Shown here in pieces: positions 1-19,904 of a stretch of DNA of 64,000 bases (the stretch's first letter is position 1; the number at the start of each line of letters is the position of its first letter). The translations under genes and the position numbers were made by a program. The stretch comes from Phaeosaccion multiseriatum. Lineage: Eukaryota > Protista > Ochrophyta, other classes. The DNA lies in assembly GCA_965112735.1 (NCBI GenBank), contig OZ218959.1:1426001-1490000 (forward strand), written 5' to 3'. Under the pieces are notes generated by a model, which saw nothing but the letters and a program-made list of their open reading frames with translations, was not told the DNA's origin and searched no databases.

Positions 1-146
1 ACAATACAACAACTCACTAACAACAACAGGAACTCGGAGCCCCGCACGTCTATAACACTTTCTACCCTCATGCCTTGACATGCCTCACTCCTTCGTTCAT
101 TGACTTACCTTCACCGCTCATTCATTGACTGACTTACCACCAACAG

Positions 147-1207
147 GAGCTGGTATGGCGACTCGGAGTCCTACACGTGTACAACCCCATCCGCCCCGAT
201 CGCTTCTATGACCTTGACCTCACCTCTTATGAAGACCGCACATGGTGCAAGATACTCATTCGGATGGCAGTGGAAGAGCCGGGGGAGAACTGGGACGGGG
301 AGGAATACTCTTGGTCACAGTGTCAGAAGCCTGTGCCCGGGTGGGACTTGCCTTTAAGTTGGACTACACCGGATCAGAAGCACAAGGTGAGGGGGGAGGG
401 AGGGAGGGAGGGAGGGAGGGAGGGAGGGAGGGAGGGAGGGAGGGAGGGAGGGAGGGATGGAGGGAGGGAGGGAGGGAGGGATGGAGGGAGGGAGGGAGGG
501 AGGGAGGGAGGGAGGGATGGAGGGAGGGATGGAGGGAGGGACGGAGAGAGGGAGAGAGGGAGGGAGGGAGGGAGGGAGGGAGGGAGGGAGGAAGGAAGGA
601 ATGAAGGAAGGAAGGAGTGGTGAAGGGGAGGGAGATGCACGGATCAATTGCTCACTTCCGTAGCTCAGCTCTGGGCCCCAGTCCCGATCTGTCCGTTCCG
701 CCCTTTCGCGAGGAAGCACCACATTTAGCGTCCTCTTGTCCACACCAAGCCATAGCTGACCTGCCACACACACCTCTCGCACACCTAACTGCCCACCTAC
801 CTCCCTCACTCCCTCCCTCCCTACCTTCGCGTGTACCTACCTACCTACCTACCTACCTACCTACCTACGTACCTCCCTCCCTACCTATCTACCTACCTAC
901 GTACCTCCCTCCCTCCCTCCCTACCTACCTACCTACGTACCTACCTACCCACCTACCTGTCTATCTACCCACATCCCTGTCCAACCCACCCACCCACCTA
1001 CTCACCCACCCACCCACCCACCTACTCACCCACCCACCCACCCACTGACGCCCTCGCGTCCCTCCCCCCCAGGGCGGCCCCCGTCGCTTCGGCAAGTTAA
1101 CCCTGCGCTACTCAAGTGACCCCCGGAGGGGCTGCAGGCCCAATATAGCACTCAGGGAGGAGCTTTGTGCGCTCGTGCTGGCGGGCTTTCCCATGCCGGA
1201 AACCTGA
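147..1207 (+). CDS. 3' end (last two exons, 147-386 and 1073-1207) of a protein of unknown function; 5' part lies outside the window
   Basis: CAG acceptor at 146, AAG|GTGAGG donor at 387, CAG acceptor at 1072. Spliced frame reads ELVWRLGVLHVYNPIRPDRFYDLDLTSYEDRTWCKILIRMAVEEPGENW...PVPGWDLPLSWTTPDQKHK/GGPRRFGKLTLRYSSDPRRGCRPNIALREELCALVLAGFPMPET*. Confidence 0.75.
391..1045. repeat. Intronic microsatellites: (GGGA/GGAT)n at the 5' end, (CCCT/CCTA/CCCA)n at the 3' end
   Basis: Direct reading; explains the low-complexity ORFs at 177-1100. Confidence 0.9.
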
Positions 1208-1644
1208 TGTGATGGAGGCATATAGGCATACGTAGGCATACGGAGGCATACAGAGGCATACAGAGGAGGGCTTGACGACATGGGGTAGATGGATATGTAC
1301 ACTGTACATGGAGTATTCCCGTGGTGAAGTGGTGAAGGGACGGAGTCGCGTAGGCGAGATGGAGAAGCAGATGGGAGTTGAGTGTGTTTCCAGCTTGCAG
1401 GTATGACTTGAGAGGAGGTTTTGGGTCTGAATTGATCCCAATCAGAACATTCGCATTCCACCGAGCAACTCGGCTGACTTGAGATGTCTAGCTAGGGCCT
1501 GTTGATGGCCTATGACTCAACCTCAACTTCACCTAGCTAGGGCCTGTTGATGGCCTATGGCTGAAGAGAGCGGTGCTGACAGACGAACATTAACATTAGA
1601 GGGATGAGATGGCGAGGGAAGGTGAGCACCACACCAGATTGCTT

Positions 1645-1866
1645 CGTCTGGACGTGTCTTCTGCGCCATGTATGGTATGGAGAACCGTAAGGCCCCCGAG
1701 GGGACCACCGCCAACATGGAGGACCGGCGCAGCTTCAAGGCCTGGATTGGCGACGTCAAGGACGGGCAGGTGGTGGACCATCCACTGGTGCCCCTTGCTT
1801 ACGACAAGGATGGGCTCATGACCACGACCAACATGTGACGAGCGAGGGCAGTTGTTGGGAAATCTG
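1645..1866 (+). pseudogene. Orphan duplicate of the last exon and 3' UTR start of the PhyH-family gene (6050-6283)
   Basis: ~1710-1866 is nearly identical to ~6127-6283 (ccaacatggaggac...gttgttgggaaatctg); 1645-1710 is a more degraded match with indels. No upstream exons seen. Confidence 0.85.
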
Positions 1867-2530
1867 TAAATCCGAAGCAGGTAGTCTTACCGTCGGAGGT
1901 GAAACGTCAGAGGGCCCCGGCCCCTTGTGCCTGACTGGCTGAGAGCCTCGTCATCATGCCGACTGTGGCTGTCTCTCGGAAAGCCCCTTCAAGCTCCGTC
2001 ACGATTAAAAGCACGTGCGGCCCTGCCGCTCCACCAATCACACTTCGCAGCTGCCAAGCGACTATGCTCTTCGAGATGCGCCCCCCCCCCACCATGCCCG
2101 CGCAGGCCATTGAATGACTACCACTGGCCCAACCGACACACTACATGGCCACAACGCCGCTTATTTGGAAATGGCATGGGCCCAAAAGGCCCAATCTGGC
2201 CCCCCTCATCCAGCCCTCATCCAGCCCAATATCGCGGACCCCCCCCCCCCCCCGCACCTTCCTCAGCAAAGGGCTCTTCGCCACTCCCGAAGCTCTACCC
2301 CCCCCCCCCAGCCCATGCAGCCCAAGTGTCACGTCCTGGCCTCGACATTCAGCGCATTCGTGCCAATGCGTGCCTCGGAGGGGAGCGGAGGTGCAGCTCA
2401 GACATGCATTCGACCACGCAGACAACTTACTCGGCGCTCTCTGAAATGGCGGTGCGGCCCCGCAGCAGCACACTCTCTCGTCGCGGCTGCAGCAGCAGGC
2501 GGCACAGAGGAACCCACCTACCCACTTCAC

Positions 2531-2655
<125 letters not shown>

Positions 2656-2827
2656 CACACCAACCCATGCCCCCCACAGAGCTCGTACAAGAGGCGGAGC
2701 CCCTCTCTTTCGCCCATACTCTGTCAAGATGCTCCGGAGATCAAAAAGGGCTCCCCATGGAGTCTCTCACCACTTTGTGGAGCTGACACCCCCCCCCCCC
2801 CCAACGAGCACTGAACCAAGCAAGATT

Positions 2828-5465
2828 ATGACTCTCCGCATCACCCTCACTCTGTTCGCCCTGCTGCTCGTGGCAGTCCTCTCCGTCGCCACCGCAGTCC
2901 CTGCTGACACCATCGAGGATGCGAAGGGTGGCACACCGTAAGTTCACTGTCCTTGTTTGGACGCCGCAGATCCTTCCTTTCTTTAGCCCCTCTCTGTCGC
3001 GTCACCCGGCCAGGCCCGACCACATGCTCCGAGCTCCTCCTCGCGCACTCGCGCGCCAAGTTTCTTCCTCACGCTCTTCCTAACATGGCCTTACTGTTCT
3101 CTTCTGAGCTCGAACACTTTGGACTGTAACTTCCCATCCCGCCCGGAGACAGATCTAAGCAGGCAGCAGAAGAGACGAGCTGCATAGCAGAGCCAGCTGT
3201 CGCTGCTCCGGAGGTTTTGCAGCGACGAATGCGAGACCTTGAGGAGGACGCCCATAAGGAGAAGGTCGAAGACGGTGCTACTAGAGAGAAGCCGGCTGAG
3301 GGTGATGGAGAGGCCGACGACGAGGAGGAGAAGGAAGGAAACCCGTGGTCTCTTGTGAATGTGAGTGAACTCTCCTCCTCCCCCCCCCCGGTCTTTATTT
3401 TTGGGAAGTGACCCCAACACCCTCTGCTCTGAATCCTCAGGGCGATCAACTCCTCTGGGTCCTCGGGTGCAAGGACTTGAGTTCTTGTGGAGACGAGTGG
3501 TATCGCAACGGGGATAACAAAGACGGTAGGCCAGACATGCCCTGGCTGCGGAAGGAGACCAACATATCGCTGGAGACACAGCTGGAGTACTCACGCAACG
3601 GTGATCGAGAGAAGAGAAGAGAGCGAGCGGGGAAGGTATCTTGTAGTGATGAAGGGGCTGCGCGGTGATATTCGCTCCTCCTCACGCCTCGCTGTGTGTG
3701 CCGCTTGCCCACTCTCCCCTCTTGTGTATGGCGGTGTGTGTCAGGCCACACCATGACGCCAGGCCTATTCACGGCCGAGCAAATGGAGGTGATGCTCCCT
3801 GCCATCATCAAGTCCTGCATCAACTCAGAGGTTCGTCTCGTTGGCCGCCCACCCCAGCCACCCTCCATCTACCTCTATTTCCTCGTGCTGCACCGCTTCC
3901 CTCGCCCACTTCCCCCACCAACGCAGTGCTAACGCCTCGGCCTCCTGCCTCCTGCACCCTTCCTGCGTCCCTCGTCCTTGGCTGCTCCTCCTCCCTTCGC
4001 TAGGTCGAGGTGAAGCGCCACATGGTCGGGCAACAGATTGACAACCGCGCGGACGACTTTACCGAGCAGTACGCAGCGCTCGACGCGCTCAGCGAAGCGG
4101 ACGTCCTCCGGAAGTTCAAGGAGCTGCCTTTGAGCTCCAAGAAGTTCTACCAAGCGTGAGTAAAGGCCGGCACATGGACACTGTTTGCGGCCCGCACCTA
4201 CCCCGCTTCTCACGCGCGTCGCCGCCACCCTTCCTCCTCCTCCTCCTCCTTGTCCTCCTCCTCCTCCTCCTCCTCCTCCTCCTCCTCCTCCTCCTCCTCC
4301 TCCTCCTCCTCCTCCTCCTCCTCCTCCTCCTCCTCCTCCTCCTCCTCCTCCTCCTCCTCCTCCTCCTCCTCCTCCTCCTCCTCCTCCTCCTCCTCCTCCT
4401 CCTCCTCCTCCTCCTCCTCCTCCTCCTCCTCCTCCTCCTCCTCCTCCTCCTCCTCCTCCTCCTCCTCCTCCTCCTCCTCCTCCTCCTCCTCCTCCTCCTC
4501 CTCCTCCTCCTCCTCCTCCTCCTCCTCCTCCTCCTCCTCCTCCTCCTCCTCCTCCTCCTCCTCCTCCTCCTCCTCCTCCTCCTCCTCCTCCTCCTCCTCC
4601 TCCTCCTCCTCCTCCTCCTCCTCCTCCTCCTCCTCCTCCTCCTCCTCCTTCTCCTCTCCCTCCTCGTCCCACCCGTAGCCTTGCCCCCCCCCGACCCGTG
4701 ACGTTTTTGCTCTCTTCGCTCTTGAACCCATGCTCCCATGCTCCCACGCTCCCATTCCGACCCCCTCCCCCACCGCTGCGCAGTTTCAACATCTGGCGAC
4801 TGCCGGTGGACGACACCGACCCCCGCGTGGACAACTACGCCACCCGCCAGATCGTGCTCTCCAAACGCCTCGCCTCCACCGCTGCACACCTGCTCGGCTG
4901 TGACCGCGTGAGGGTTTATCAGGACAGCATCTTTGGCAAGCAGCCGGGCTTCGGCAAGACATGTGAGGGGAGGGCCGGACTGACGAGAGGCATGACGACC
5001 ACCAGCCACCGCTTACGCCGAGGCCGAGAAGCTCGGGGCCGCGAGTGCTGATTGAGGGCAGTGCTTGATGCAGTCCGAACAAAGCGGACGAGTCTGACCT
5101 CTTTGGCCTCTCCCCCCCCCCCCTGCCCGCCCCCCCCTGCCCGCCCCGCCCTGCCCTATCCCACGTACTTTCACACTTTCTCTTTCTCTCTCACACACAC
5201 ACACACGCACACACACACGCACACACATCCTCTCTCTCTCTTTCGCTGTGTGTGTATGTGCGTGCGTGTCTGCCCCCCTCTACCCCCAACCCCCTTGGGG
5301 GGGGGGGGGCTCCTCTCGTGGCCTCACATGACGTCACAGCGTGGCACGTGGACTTGAACATGGCCCCCATCGATGGTAAGGCCATACATACATTAATCAG
5401 CAAGAGGCTTCGCACATTTGCCTGTGACTCCCTACCAGCCTGTATCCCTCTATCTGTCAGCTCTC

Positions 5466-5500
<35 letters not shown>

Positions 5501-6255
5501 GGCACCTCTCCAACCAGATCCCCTCACCCCATCCCCTCGCCTCTGCCCTGCCAGGTAACGACTTCATCACGGCGTGGATCCCGCTGCACCCGATGGGATC
5601 CCTCGAGGAAGGGGCCTCCAGCCTCGTCTTCGCGAGTGGCAGCCACAGGGACTACGCCAGTCTATACTGGTATCTACGGGACAGCGCGCAGGTGGTCATG
5701 GCGTCGCTGTACAACGGCGAGCCCGCCTCCAACCGTTACGGATCGCCAAAGTCACACGGAGTCATGGCCCTCGGAGACGCCACGTGGCACTCGGGGTAAG
5801 AAGATGGAAGCAAAGACATGGATTTGAATGGCTGGTGCTGAATAGAAGGCGCGCGGGCGGGAGGGGCGAGCGACAGCAGGCGTTGGGGGAGACAGTTGTC
5901 AAAACCTCACTCACAGTCCTGCTGCTCTTCCTGCTGCCCTCCGCCGCTGCTCCTACTCTTCCTGCCTCATGTCCCTGCTACCCCTGCCACATGCACTGGC
6001 TGCCCCTCCATCACCGCCAGATGGACGGCGCACGTGGCCGTGGGCAACGAGAAGCGCCTGGCTCTGACCGTGTCTTACATTTGTCACGGAACGACGATGG
6101 AGACCCGCGACGACCTCGAGCGCACCACCAACATGGAGGACTGGCGCAGCTTCAAGGCCTGGATTGGCGACGTCAAGGACGGGCAGGTGGTGGACCATCC
6201 ACTGGTGCCTCTTGTTTACGACAAGGACGGGCTCATGACCACGACCAACATGTGA
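2828..6255 (+). CDS. Phytanoyl-CoA dioxygenase (PhyH)-family Fe(II)/2-oxoglutarate oxygenase with N-terminal signal peptide, ~9 exons
   Basis: Signal peptide MTLRITLTLFALLLVAVLSVATA. Spliced exons give EYSRNGH...GLFTAEQ, VRVYQDSIFGKQPG, WHVDLNMAP (HxD), FITAWIPL, LVFASGSH, GDATWHSGWTAH (distal His) and RLALTVSY (2OG-binding Arg). Stop at 6253-6255. Confidence 0.88.
4232..4650. repeat. Long near-pure (CCT)n trinucleotide tract (~420 bp) in a PhyH intron
   Basis: Direct reading; source of the poly-P/G/R/E/S/L ORFs. Confidence 0.97.
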
Positions 6256-6486
6256 CGAGCGAGGGCAGTTGTTGGGAAATCTGGTTATGATAATGACTCC
6301 CACCACAACGAAGCATTCTCCTCGCTTGTCATCAACAACGGACAACACTCAAGACTATATCGTACTCGCACACCTATTTCCTACTCGCACACAGCTACGA
6401 ATAGATTGCGGTTGGCTGCCGTGACTGCCTCCGACCTCTGCCTCCAAAATACTGCAGGACAAGCAAGCAACTTGCAGCCGCCGTCG

Positions 6487-6520
<34 letters not shown>

Positions 6521-6568
6521 CACACCCTACCACCGATGGTTCTCCCACCCGGGGGCGCTCAGAGGTGG

Positions 6569-13314
<6,746 letters not shown>

Positions 13315-13682
13315 CTAAGTACGTAGATGCTAATTCTATGCTAGATGCTATACTAGATCACTCTGACCCAGGGGGGGGGGAATGGTCGTCGGATCTACCA
13401 AAGAAGAAACCGTGATCGGGGGGTTTCGTGGCTGACTCCTGTAAGTCAATAAACGGCATTTCGTCAAGCGGCCGCCATTTTTGGGAAAAAAAAAATTAAC
13501 TTGGCACCGTAAAGCAGCCATCCGTAAAGCAGATACAGTGAGAGTATGGTGCTTTGGGAGAGGTGCTTCGTAAAGCAGTCCTACAGCGAGATTAACAGGG
13601 TAGCTACTCACAAACACCACACCCACTTCCAAAGCCCACACCACACACACACCACTCTGTTTGAAAGAGATAGGAGAGGAGA

Positions 13683-14609
13683 ATGTTGTTCGGAAGCAGC
13701 GCACAGAAGGAACAGTTGGAGGCGATTAAGGCCAAGATCGCTATCCTCGAGCAAGAGCTCGCCGAATCCCGTGTGGAAAGGGCCTCCCTGAAGCAGCAGG
13801 TCGAGACGAAGGCGACCAGCCAAGGAGGAGCTCGAGACCGGACTGGAGGAGGCTAGGAATGACGCGGCCAGGCTGGTGCACGCAGCCACAAGAACCTCCG
13901 TGGACAGGGAGAGGGAGACGGCGCTGAAGATGGAGAGCATGAATGCCGCTCATTCTGCCTTGAAGGACGACGTCCATGTGAAGAACCAGCAACTCTCGGC
14001 TCACCAGAAGGAAGGCCGGGGGGAGGTGCTCGCCCGTATGAAGGGTGTGGAGACCGACCTCGAGGAGACCAAGAAGACCGCGGAGGGAGCAGCAGATGAA
14101 ATCGCGGAGCTGAAGAAGGAGGCCGCCGCGCAGGGCGTGCAGATGGAAGACATGTCACGCAAAGTGCACCAGGTCAACGAGGCGCTCGTCGGAGTGGCGG
14201 CGGGGTCTGCTGCCCTCAGGACTGCTGCCCTCAGGAGGGAGAGGAAGAGGACGGCCGACCCAGACGTCGACCTGCTCACCACGGACAGCGACTCTGGCGG
14301 CTCCAGCTCCTCCTCCTCTTCCGCCTCCTCCTCCGCAAAGAGGGCAAAGAAGAGCAGTGACAAGAAGAGCAACGGCAAGAGCAAGGCCACCAGTCGGCCC
14401 ACCGGCCTCCCCGCCGGTACCTCCCCTTCAAGCACTGCGGCTGGGCGCCAGGACTGGTCTCCTCGCAACGCCGGCACCGCCACTGGCAGCAGGCCCCTGG
14501 CCCTCCCCCTACGGGATGGCAGCGCGTCGTCCTCGGACAGCGACTACTGCACCGCCCCCCCCACCACCGTCAAGAAGATCAAGGACATGGGGCTTGGGCA
14601 CCAGGCCAT

Positions 14610-14653
<44 letters not shown>

Positions 14654-15158
14654 GGGTCCGCCAAGGAGGGGGGGAGACCGCGGCGGCGGTGGTGGCTGCC
14701 CAAGGTCAGCGATTGATTGGTGGTGTTGACGCACACCGCTACTTGCACTGGCTCCTTCCTCACCACGCCAATACTGTTTACAGCGTGTGACACTGCTGGC
14801 TCTATGGCAGGCAGAAGCTAACTGAGCCTCTTCTCGACAAACCGCCTCCCTGCCCCGTGTTTTCCCTTCTTCCCTCTCTTTCTCAGGCCGCGCCCCCCCG
14901 CTGGCAGAGCCAAGGCCTTCCACTCCTCCCGGCTCGGAATCTCGCGCGACAACTCCTCCTCCCTCGAAGACTCCGAAGCTGTGCTCGGTGCCGGACTGCA
15001 CCAAGCAGAGGCAGTGCAATTACAGGTGCGCCGAGCACAGCCCGCGGTGCAGCAACGACGATTGTAACAACGCCATCCGCACCACAAAGCACGGCGGTCT
15101 GTGCAGGCCGTGTCTTGTGGAGTTCGAGAACAAGACTGTTGATCTTCTCGAGGAGTAG
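13683..15158 (+). pseudogene. Array copy 1: coiled-coil/Zn-finger gene with frameshift
   Basis: 4-nt insertion near 13817 (gcgaccagccaagg vs gcgaccaagg in intact copies) breaks the frame after the ATG at 13683. Confidence 0.78.
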
Positions 15159-15909
15159 CTGGTTATATCAAGGGGCCTGCAGATAGGTAGACAAATCACT
15201 CCTGTGGTCTGTCTGTTCGAATGGCTCGCTCGCTCGGAGCAGAGGCGGTGCGAGGGTATGGGTAGTCTATGCGCCCGCCCTACCCCGCCCGGCCGCCCCG
15301 CCCGGCAAGTTGAGGGAGGAGGGGGAGGGCTAATGAATAATGCTTAACGGACGCCATGTGTGTGTAATCGTGGTCTGTGTGCTGCTTATCTCGAACGCAA
15401 TGAGCACAAGTCTAGTCTATGGTAGTGAGGCTGCTGAGCAACGGGAAGGGGGGGGGGGAGGGAGGAGAGGCGCGAGCCTTCCCCAATTACTCATCCTCCT
15501 CCAATTCCTGCGCTCTAGGATCGCACACCGCACTGCAGTCTCGTACATTTGTGGAGGAGGCCTTTTTCCAGGGAAGTATGACTATTTTCTCGGGTCAATC
15601 TCCTCCCTTCTCGCGTCGACGCAAAGCTGGACACCCATTGTTGACATAAATAGAGTACTTCGTAGTATAAGTAAATTCTTTTGGAAAGGTCTGCCACTGC
15701 CTCGCGAGAATACAAAGACGAAAAAAAAGATATTGTACATTGTACACGGAGGAGGGCTTGAGCGTTTCAGCTACCTACTTGTAGTGGCGGGACACGCGCA
15801 CACACACAGACTTTCAGTTTCATATGGCTGACTCCTGTAAGTCAATAAACCGCATTTCCGTCAACAGGGGCCGGGTTAGGGAACGTCAAGCACAAAAAAT
15901 AACTTGGCA

Positions 15910-15981
15910 CCGTAAAGCAGCCATCCGTAAAGCAGATACAGTGAGAGTATGGAGCTTTGGGAGAGGTGCTCCGTAAAGCAG
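15910..15981 (+). promoter_or_regulatory. Triple CCGTAAAGCAG motif upstream of the array-gene ATG (present in every unit)
   Basis: Three copies of ccgtaaagcag within ~70 bp, ~100-170 bp upstream of the ATG; function is inference. Confidence 0.4.
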
Positions 15982-16076
15982 TCCTGCAGCGAGATTAACA
16001 AGGTACTCACAAACACCACACCCACTTCCAAAGCCCACACACACACCACTCTGTTTGAAAGAGATAGGAGAGGAGA

Positions 16077-16999
16077 ATGTTTTTCGGAAGCAGCGCACAG
16101 AAGGAACTGTTGGAGGCGATTAAGGCCAAGATCGCTATCCTCGAGCAAGAGCTCGCCGAATCCCGTGTGGAAAGGGCCTCCCTGAAGCAGCAGGTCGAGA
16201 CGAAGGCGACCAAGGAGGAGCTCGAGACCGGACTGGAGGAGGCTAGGAATGACGCGGCCAGGCTGGTGCACGCAGCCACAAGAACCTCCGTGGACAGGGA
16301 GAGGGAGACGGCGCTGAAGATGGAGAGCATGAATGCCGCTCATGGTGCCTTGAAGGACGACGTCCATGTGAAGAACCAGCAACTCTCGGCTCAGCAGAAG
16401 GAAGGCCGGGGGGAGGTGCTCGCCCGTATAAAGGGTGTGGAGACCGACCTCGAGGAGACCAAGAAGACCACGGAGGGAGCAGCAGATGAAATCGCGGAGC
16501 TGAAGAAGGAGGCCGCCGCGCAGGGCATGCAGATGCAAGACATGTCACGCAAAGTGCACCAGGTCAACGAGGCGCTCGTCGGAGTGGCGGCGGGGTCTGC
16601 TGCCCTCAGGACTGCTGCCCTCAGGAGGGAGAGGAAGAGGACGGCCGACCCAGACGTCGACCTGCTCACCACGGACAGCGACTCTGGCGGCTCCAGCTCC
16701 TCCTCCTCTTCCGCCTCCTCCTCCGCAAAGAGGGCAAAGAAGAGCAGTGACAAGAAGAGCAACGGCAAGAGCAAGGCCACCAGTCGGCCCACCGGCCTCC
16801 CCGCCGGTACCTCCCCTTCAAGCACTGCGGCTGGGCGCCAGGACTGGTCTCCTCGCAACGCCGGCACCGCCACTGGCAGCAGGCCCCTGGCCCTCCCCCT
16901 ACGGGATGGCAGCGCGTCGTCCTCGGACAGCGACTACTGCACCGCCCCCCCCACCACCGTCAAGAAGATCAAGGACATGGGGCTTGGGCACCAGGCCAT

Positions 17000-17043
<44 letters not shown>

Positions 17044-17548
17044 GGGTCCGCCAAGGAGGGGGGGAGACCGCGGCGGCGGTGGTGGCTGCCCAAGGTCAGC
17101 GATTGATTGGTGGTGTTGACGCACACCGCTACTTGCACTGGCTCCTTCCTCACCACGCCAATACTGTTTACAGCGTGTGACACTGCTGGCTCTATGGCAG
17201 GCAGAAGCTAACTGAGCCTCTTCTCGACAAACCGCCTCCCTGCCCCGTGTTTTCCCTTCTTCCCTCTCTTTCTCAGGCCGCGCCCCCCCGCTGGCAGAGC
17301 CAAGGCCTTCCACTCCTCCCGGCTCGGCATCTCGCGCGACAACTCCTCCTCCCTCGAAGACTCCGAAGCTGTGCTCGGTGCCGGACTGCACCAAGCAGAG
17401 GCAGTGCAATTACAGGTGCGCCGAGCACAGCCCGCGGTGCAGCAACGACGATTGCAACAACGCCATCCGCACCACAAAGCACGGCGGTCTGTGCAGGCCG
17501 TGTCTTGTGGAGTTCGAGAACAAGACTGTTGATCTTCTCGAGGAGTAG
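16077..17548 (+). CDS. Array copy 2 (intact): 429-aa coiled-coil + Ser-rich + two Cys/His zinc-finger protein; exons 16077-17094 and 17277-17548
   Basis: CAAG|GTCAGC donor; ctaac branch site and pyrimidine tract ...tctcag acceptor. Exon 2 (missed by the ORF track) reads ...KLCSVPDCTKQRQCNYRCAEHSPRCSNDDCNNAIRTTKHGGLCRPCLVEFENKTVDLLEE*. N-terminus is heptad-rich in E/K/A/L. Confidence 0.8.
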
Positions 17549-18461
17549 CTGGTTATATCAAGGGGCCTGCAGATAGGTAGACAAATCACTCCTGTGGTCT
17601 GTCTGTTCGAATGGCTCGCTCGCTCGGAGCAGAGGCGGTGCGAGGGTATGGGTAGTCTATGCGCCCGCCCTACCCCGCCCGGCCGCCCCGCCCGGCAAGT
17701 TGAGGGAGGAGGGGGAGGGCTAATGAATAATGCTTAACGGACGCCATGTGTGTGTAATCGTGGTCTGTGTGCTGCTTATCTCGAACGCAATGAGCACAAG
17801 TCTAGTCTATGGTAGTGAGGCTGCTGAGCAACGGGAAGGGGGGAGGGAGGAGAGGCGCGAGCCTTCCCCAATTACTCATCCTCCTCCAATTCCTGCGCTC
17901 TAGGATCGCACACCGCACTGCAGTCTCGTACATTTGTGGAGGAGGCCTTTTTCCAGGGAAGTATGACTATTTTCTCGGGTCAATCTCCTCCCTTCTCGCG
18001 TCGACGCAAAGCTGGACACCCATTGTTGACATAAATAGAGTACTTCGTAGTATAAGTAAATTCTTTTGGAAAGGTCTGCCACTGCCTCGCGAGAATACAA
18101 AGACGAAAAAAAAGATATTGTACATTGTACACGGAGGAGGGCTTGAGCGTTTCAGCTACCTACTTGTAGTGGCGGGACACGCGCACACACACAGACTTTC
18201 AGTTTCATATGGCTGACTCCTGTAAGTCAATAAACCGCATTTCCGTCAACAGGGGCCGGGTTAGGGAACGTCAAGCACAAAAAATAACTTGGCACCGTAA
18301 AGCAGCCATCCGTAAAGCAGATACAGTGAGAGTATGGAGCTTTGGGAGAGGTGCTCCGTAAAGCAGTCCTGCAGCGAGATTAACAAGGTACTCACAAACA
18401 CCACACCCACTTCCAAAGCCCAAACACACACCACTCTGTTTGAAAGAGATAGGAGAGGAGA

Positions 18462-19356
18462 ATGTTTTTCGGAAGCAGCGCACAGAAGGAACTGTTGGAG
18501 GCGATTAAGGCCAAGATCGCTATCCTCGAGCAAGAGCTCGCCGAATCCCATGTGGAAAGGGCCTCCCTGAAGCAGCAGGTCGAGACGAAGGCGACCAAGG
18601 AGGAGCTCGAGACCGGACTGGAGGAGGCTAGGAATGACGCGGTCAGGCTGGTGCACGCAGCCACAAGAACCTCCGTGGACAGGGAGAGGGAGACGGCGCT
18701 GAAGATGGAGAGCATGAATGCCCCTCCTGCAACTCTCGGCTCAGCAGAAGGAAGGCCGGGGGGAGGAGCTCGCCCGTATGAAGGGTGTGGAGACCGACCT
18801 CGAGGAGACCAAGAAGACCGCGGAGGGAGCAGCAGATGAAATCGCGGAGCTGAAGAAGGAGGCCGCCGCGCAGGGCGTGCAGATGGAAGACATGTCACGC
18901 AAAGTGCACCAGGTCAACGAGGCGCTCGTCGGAGTGGCGGCGGGGTCTGCTGCCCTCAGGACTGCTGCCCTCAGGAGGGAGAGGAAGAGGACGGCCGACC
19001 CAGACGTCGACCTGCTCACCACGGACAGCGACTCTGGCGGCTCCAGCTCCTCCTCCTCTTCCGCCTCCTCCTCCGCAAAGAGGGCAAAGAAGAGCAGTGA
19101 CAAGAAGAGCAACGGCAAGAGCATGGCCACCAGTCGGCCCACCGGCCTCCCCGCCGGTACCTCGTCTTCAAGCACTGCGGCTGGGCGCCAGGACTGGTCT
19201 CCTCGCAACGCCAGCACCGCCACTGGCAGCAGGCCCCTGGCCCTCCCCCTACGGGATGGCAGCGCGTCGTCCTCGGACAGCGACTACTGCACCGCCCCCC
19301 CCACCACCGTCAAGAAGATCAAGGACATGGGGCTTGGGCACCAGGCCATGAGCAGC

Positions 19357-19399
<43 letters not shown>

Positions 19400-19904
19400 G
19401 GGTCCGCCAAGGAGGGGGGGAGACCGCGGCGGCGGTGGTGGCTGCCCAAGGTCAGCGATTGATTGGTGGTGTTGACGCACACCGCTACTTGCACTGGCTC
19501 CTTCCTCACCACGCCAATACTGTTTACAGCGTGTGACACTGCTGGCTCTATGGCAGGCAGAAGCTAACTGAGCCTCTTCTCGACAAACCGCCTCCCTGCC
19601 CCGTGTTTTCCCTTCTTCCCTCTCTTTCTCAGGCCGCGCCCCCCCGCTGGCAGAGCCAAGGCCTTCCACTCCTCCCGGCTCGGCATCTCGCGCGACAACT
19701 CCTCCTCCCTCGAAGACTCCGAAGCTGTGCTCGGTGCCGGACTGCACCAAGCAGAGGCAGTGCAATTACAGGTGCGCCGAGCACAGCCCGCGGTGCAGCA
19801 ACGACGATTGCAACAACGCCATCCGCACCACAAAGCACGGCGGTCTGTGCAGGCCGTGTCTTGTGGAGTTCGAGAACAAGACTGTTGATCTTCTCGAGGA
19901 GTAG
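18462..19904 (+). pseudogene. Array copy 3: coiled-coil/Zn-finger gene with frameshifting deletion
   Basis: At ~18720 atgaatgcccctcctgcaactctc replaces atgaatgccgctcatggtgcc...aagaaccagcaactctc; the ORF splits into 18462-18839 and 18718-19536. Confidence 0.8.

Noticed and set aside
3929-5051. Long poly-G/P/R/E/S/L ORFs
   Set aside because: Translations of an intronic (CCT)n tract.
15340-15831. ~160-aa ORF in each array spacer
   Set aside because: No recognisable features, atypical composition, and frame broken by G-run length changes in some units; likely non-coding.
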